Of a DNA stretch of 64,000 bases, positions 61,808 to 64,000 are shown in pieces (positions within the stretch are counted from its first letter, which is position 1; every line of letters starts with the position of its first letter). Where the stretch lies: NCBI GenBank assembly GCA_965644265.1, contig OZ286468.1:17670001-17734000 (forward strand). Reading direction: 5' to 3'. The stretch comes from Glycera tridactyla. Its lineage: Eukaryota. Both the position numbers and the translations under genes were made by a program. The notes beneath the pieces were generated by a model. That model had not been told where the DNA came from. It did no database searches and was given only the letters and a program-made list of their open reading frames with translations.

Positions 61808-62899
61808 AATGGGCAGTTGCATAAAGTCCGTAGGATCTATGACGTACGCTCCTTCTCTCTGGCTAGATCAGATTAATGTTTCCCATTTCAGATGAGGCGA
61901 TGTGGCTGATATGAGTAAAGCTCTGTTAAAAAGAAACGTGATAGCTACAGTGAGTAACTTGTCAATGTTTCATTCTTTGAAATACCACAGTCCATCGTTC
62001 ACACACTCTTGATTACATGGCTTTTTCGAGATGATGTATCGGCCAAAGCTCAGTGACAGCCTGGAAGTCTTGATACTGAACAGAAACAAAACACTTCATT
62101 TGATTTTTTTCATAGCTCTGCAAGGCACATGGTAATCCATCCGTGCTCATATGCTCCGACGTTTCCTACATAATATACGTCATTAGCAGAGGAATACACA
62201 TCATGCCAATTCAAGTTGATGAACGTGTTCACAGCTGCTGCTGCTCACAAAACATTCATCTAAAAGTGTCATCAGATTGATTCTTTGCCATATTGATACA
62301 TAGTGACCTTGGTAAGCAATTGTTACAAAGTCCAAGCTGATGGAGAAAGCAAGGCATTCGGTTCACATATCGTTGTTCGTCGAAGCGATTCCTGCGACAA
62401 ATAGTAATTGCATTGGAAGAATGAAGAAGTGAAGAGAAAAGAAAATGCTGGAAAGAGGTACGGAAAAATAGACAAAATAGAAGAAGAGATGAAAACAGAG
62501 GGGGAAGGCAGACAGTCAGATGGCATGACATGATGAAGGTAGGGTGGTATCGAATAGCGGTTGCAAACGGGAGGCATATAATACTTAATTTCGATCAAGT
62601 GAATGGTACTTCATATATTGCAATGCTTGTAGGCTATGGCATTCCAAATGAAATCAGATTTTCAGCTCACATCAAGGGAGGCATATAGATAGAATGCTAT
62701 ATATATATATACATATTTGAATATATGAAAAGCTTTGTATAAGTTGGAATGAAGACATGACGGTTGCCATGTTTGACCATGGAAGCAGCACATTTCCACA
62801 TGGATCCAGATATTTGGATCTTACATCACCCCCCCCCCTATTTGCTAGGCATACCGCTGTACTGGCAAGGGGCTTAACAAGTGAATTGTTGTGAAAGTT

Positions 62900-63950
62900 T
62901 GAGTCATAGTTCATTCATGAAGAAATCCCACTCTCCATTGTGGGAATTAGCATAGTTTTTATACATCATTGGGATCTGATCTGCAATACGTCGAATGGAA
63001 CATCTCAGACCGAAATTCGGTATTATACGGCTGAATGAATGGTGCCAGTGCCAAACGTGCCCTATCTGATTTATGTCTCTTCTGCCGCCATAGCAATCAT
63101 GACCTTGCTTTGAAGGAAGAAGTTTCACACGAGATTCAATGAATTACAAAATGAGAGTAATTCTGAACAGTTTCATTTGGTCTACAGGTGATGAATGTGT
63201 GCTGAAATGAACTGAATAGGGTAATGGCACATCAACAGATTAAGTTTATTATTAAGCTATCGGCCTGATGGGTCACTAGTGTCTTTATCACATTAGAATC
63301 AATCAAGTTTACAAGCAAGCCTGAAAGACATTGGCTCACTGTAATCAGTTTATGTCTGATGTGGATTGGCCGAGGGAGTATCTGATAACAGACGGATGTA
63401 TGGATGTGTGCCTGTTGGTTGGAACAATAGACACACTCACATTGAATGTTGCCAGTCTTCAGACACACACAGACACACACACACACACACACCAAGTGGA
63501 AGTTTATTGAAGTTATCAGATGATTCTGAAAAATATTAGATGTTCTATATGTTCTGGGTGATGATTGGGTTCCATGGGTTCAACGTTGTGTTGGGATGGC
63601 ATCTCGATATGACCAACAGCCTGAGATTCACTATGTGGATATTTCATATGTGTCATGTTGAACAGTTCGGGCATAAGCTATGGTGAGAAGTGCAAAGATC
63701 TTCAGTCAATCCAGCAACAACACAATATGAATTTCTGGTTGACTTTATTCCACCAGACTGGTAGAAATACAGGATGATGGTCCCTGAGTGGCCATATGAA
63801 GAGAGTACAAAACCAACAACCAAGACACAAACTCTCCATCCTGCCATCTGCTGAAACGCAGCCTGAATACCAATATATGGAAATGTTGGTCAGTGGAACA
63901 TCACCGGATTCTTGAAGTGGGCAGCTGTCTATTGGTATCATGAGGAATGC
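62900..63950 (-). pseudogene. Possible further TM/TIR remnant
   Basis: Hydrophobic VCVLVVGFVLSS..IILYFY (63650-63850), then KLL..DCYGG..INQI..NYANS..WDFF, weakly TIR-like (62904-63128). Confidence 0.3.
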
Positions 63951-64000
63951 GTCCCAACATGATTGACATAAGGAGACCAGTCCCTTCTTCCAGCATTATT

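Overview
Eukaryotic (metazoan, probably invertebrate) genomic DNA dominated by retroelements inserted into what appears to be a cluster of heavily decayed minus-strand LRR/TIR (Toll-like-receptor-like) pseudogenes. No intact host gene was recognised. (1) 1-14356: a Gypsy-type LTR element with an F-type env, an antisense ORF and a probable 3' LTR. Its pol runs from protease straight into integrase with no RT or RNase H visible. A 752-bp MITE interrupts env. (2) A recent duplication (14390-17303 + 21772-21871 vs 34506-36956 + 54241-55466) whose two copies serve as each other's empty sites. This delimits a 4.5-kb CR1-like LINE (17307-21771), a 544-bp L2 fragment (35257-35800) and a 17.3-kb composite insertion (36957-54240). 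(3) The composite reads as one minus-strand CR1/L2-like LINE of about 9 kb: ORF1 remnant, small ORF, stand-alone SGNH esterase, about 4 kb spacer, EN-RT ORF2. (4) An apparently intact DIRS1-like tyrosine-recombinase retrotransposon (41361-49683) has inserted into that spacer. It has ITRs and an ICR, G-tract termini, and an array of six ~86-bp double-hairpin repeats with conserved stems and variable loops. (5) A small hammerhead-like, Penelope-type insertion with a 13-bp TSD (30112-30267). All calls come from manual reading. Identity values are estimates by eye and no searches were run.
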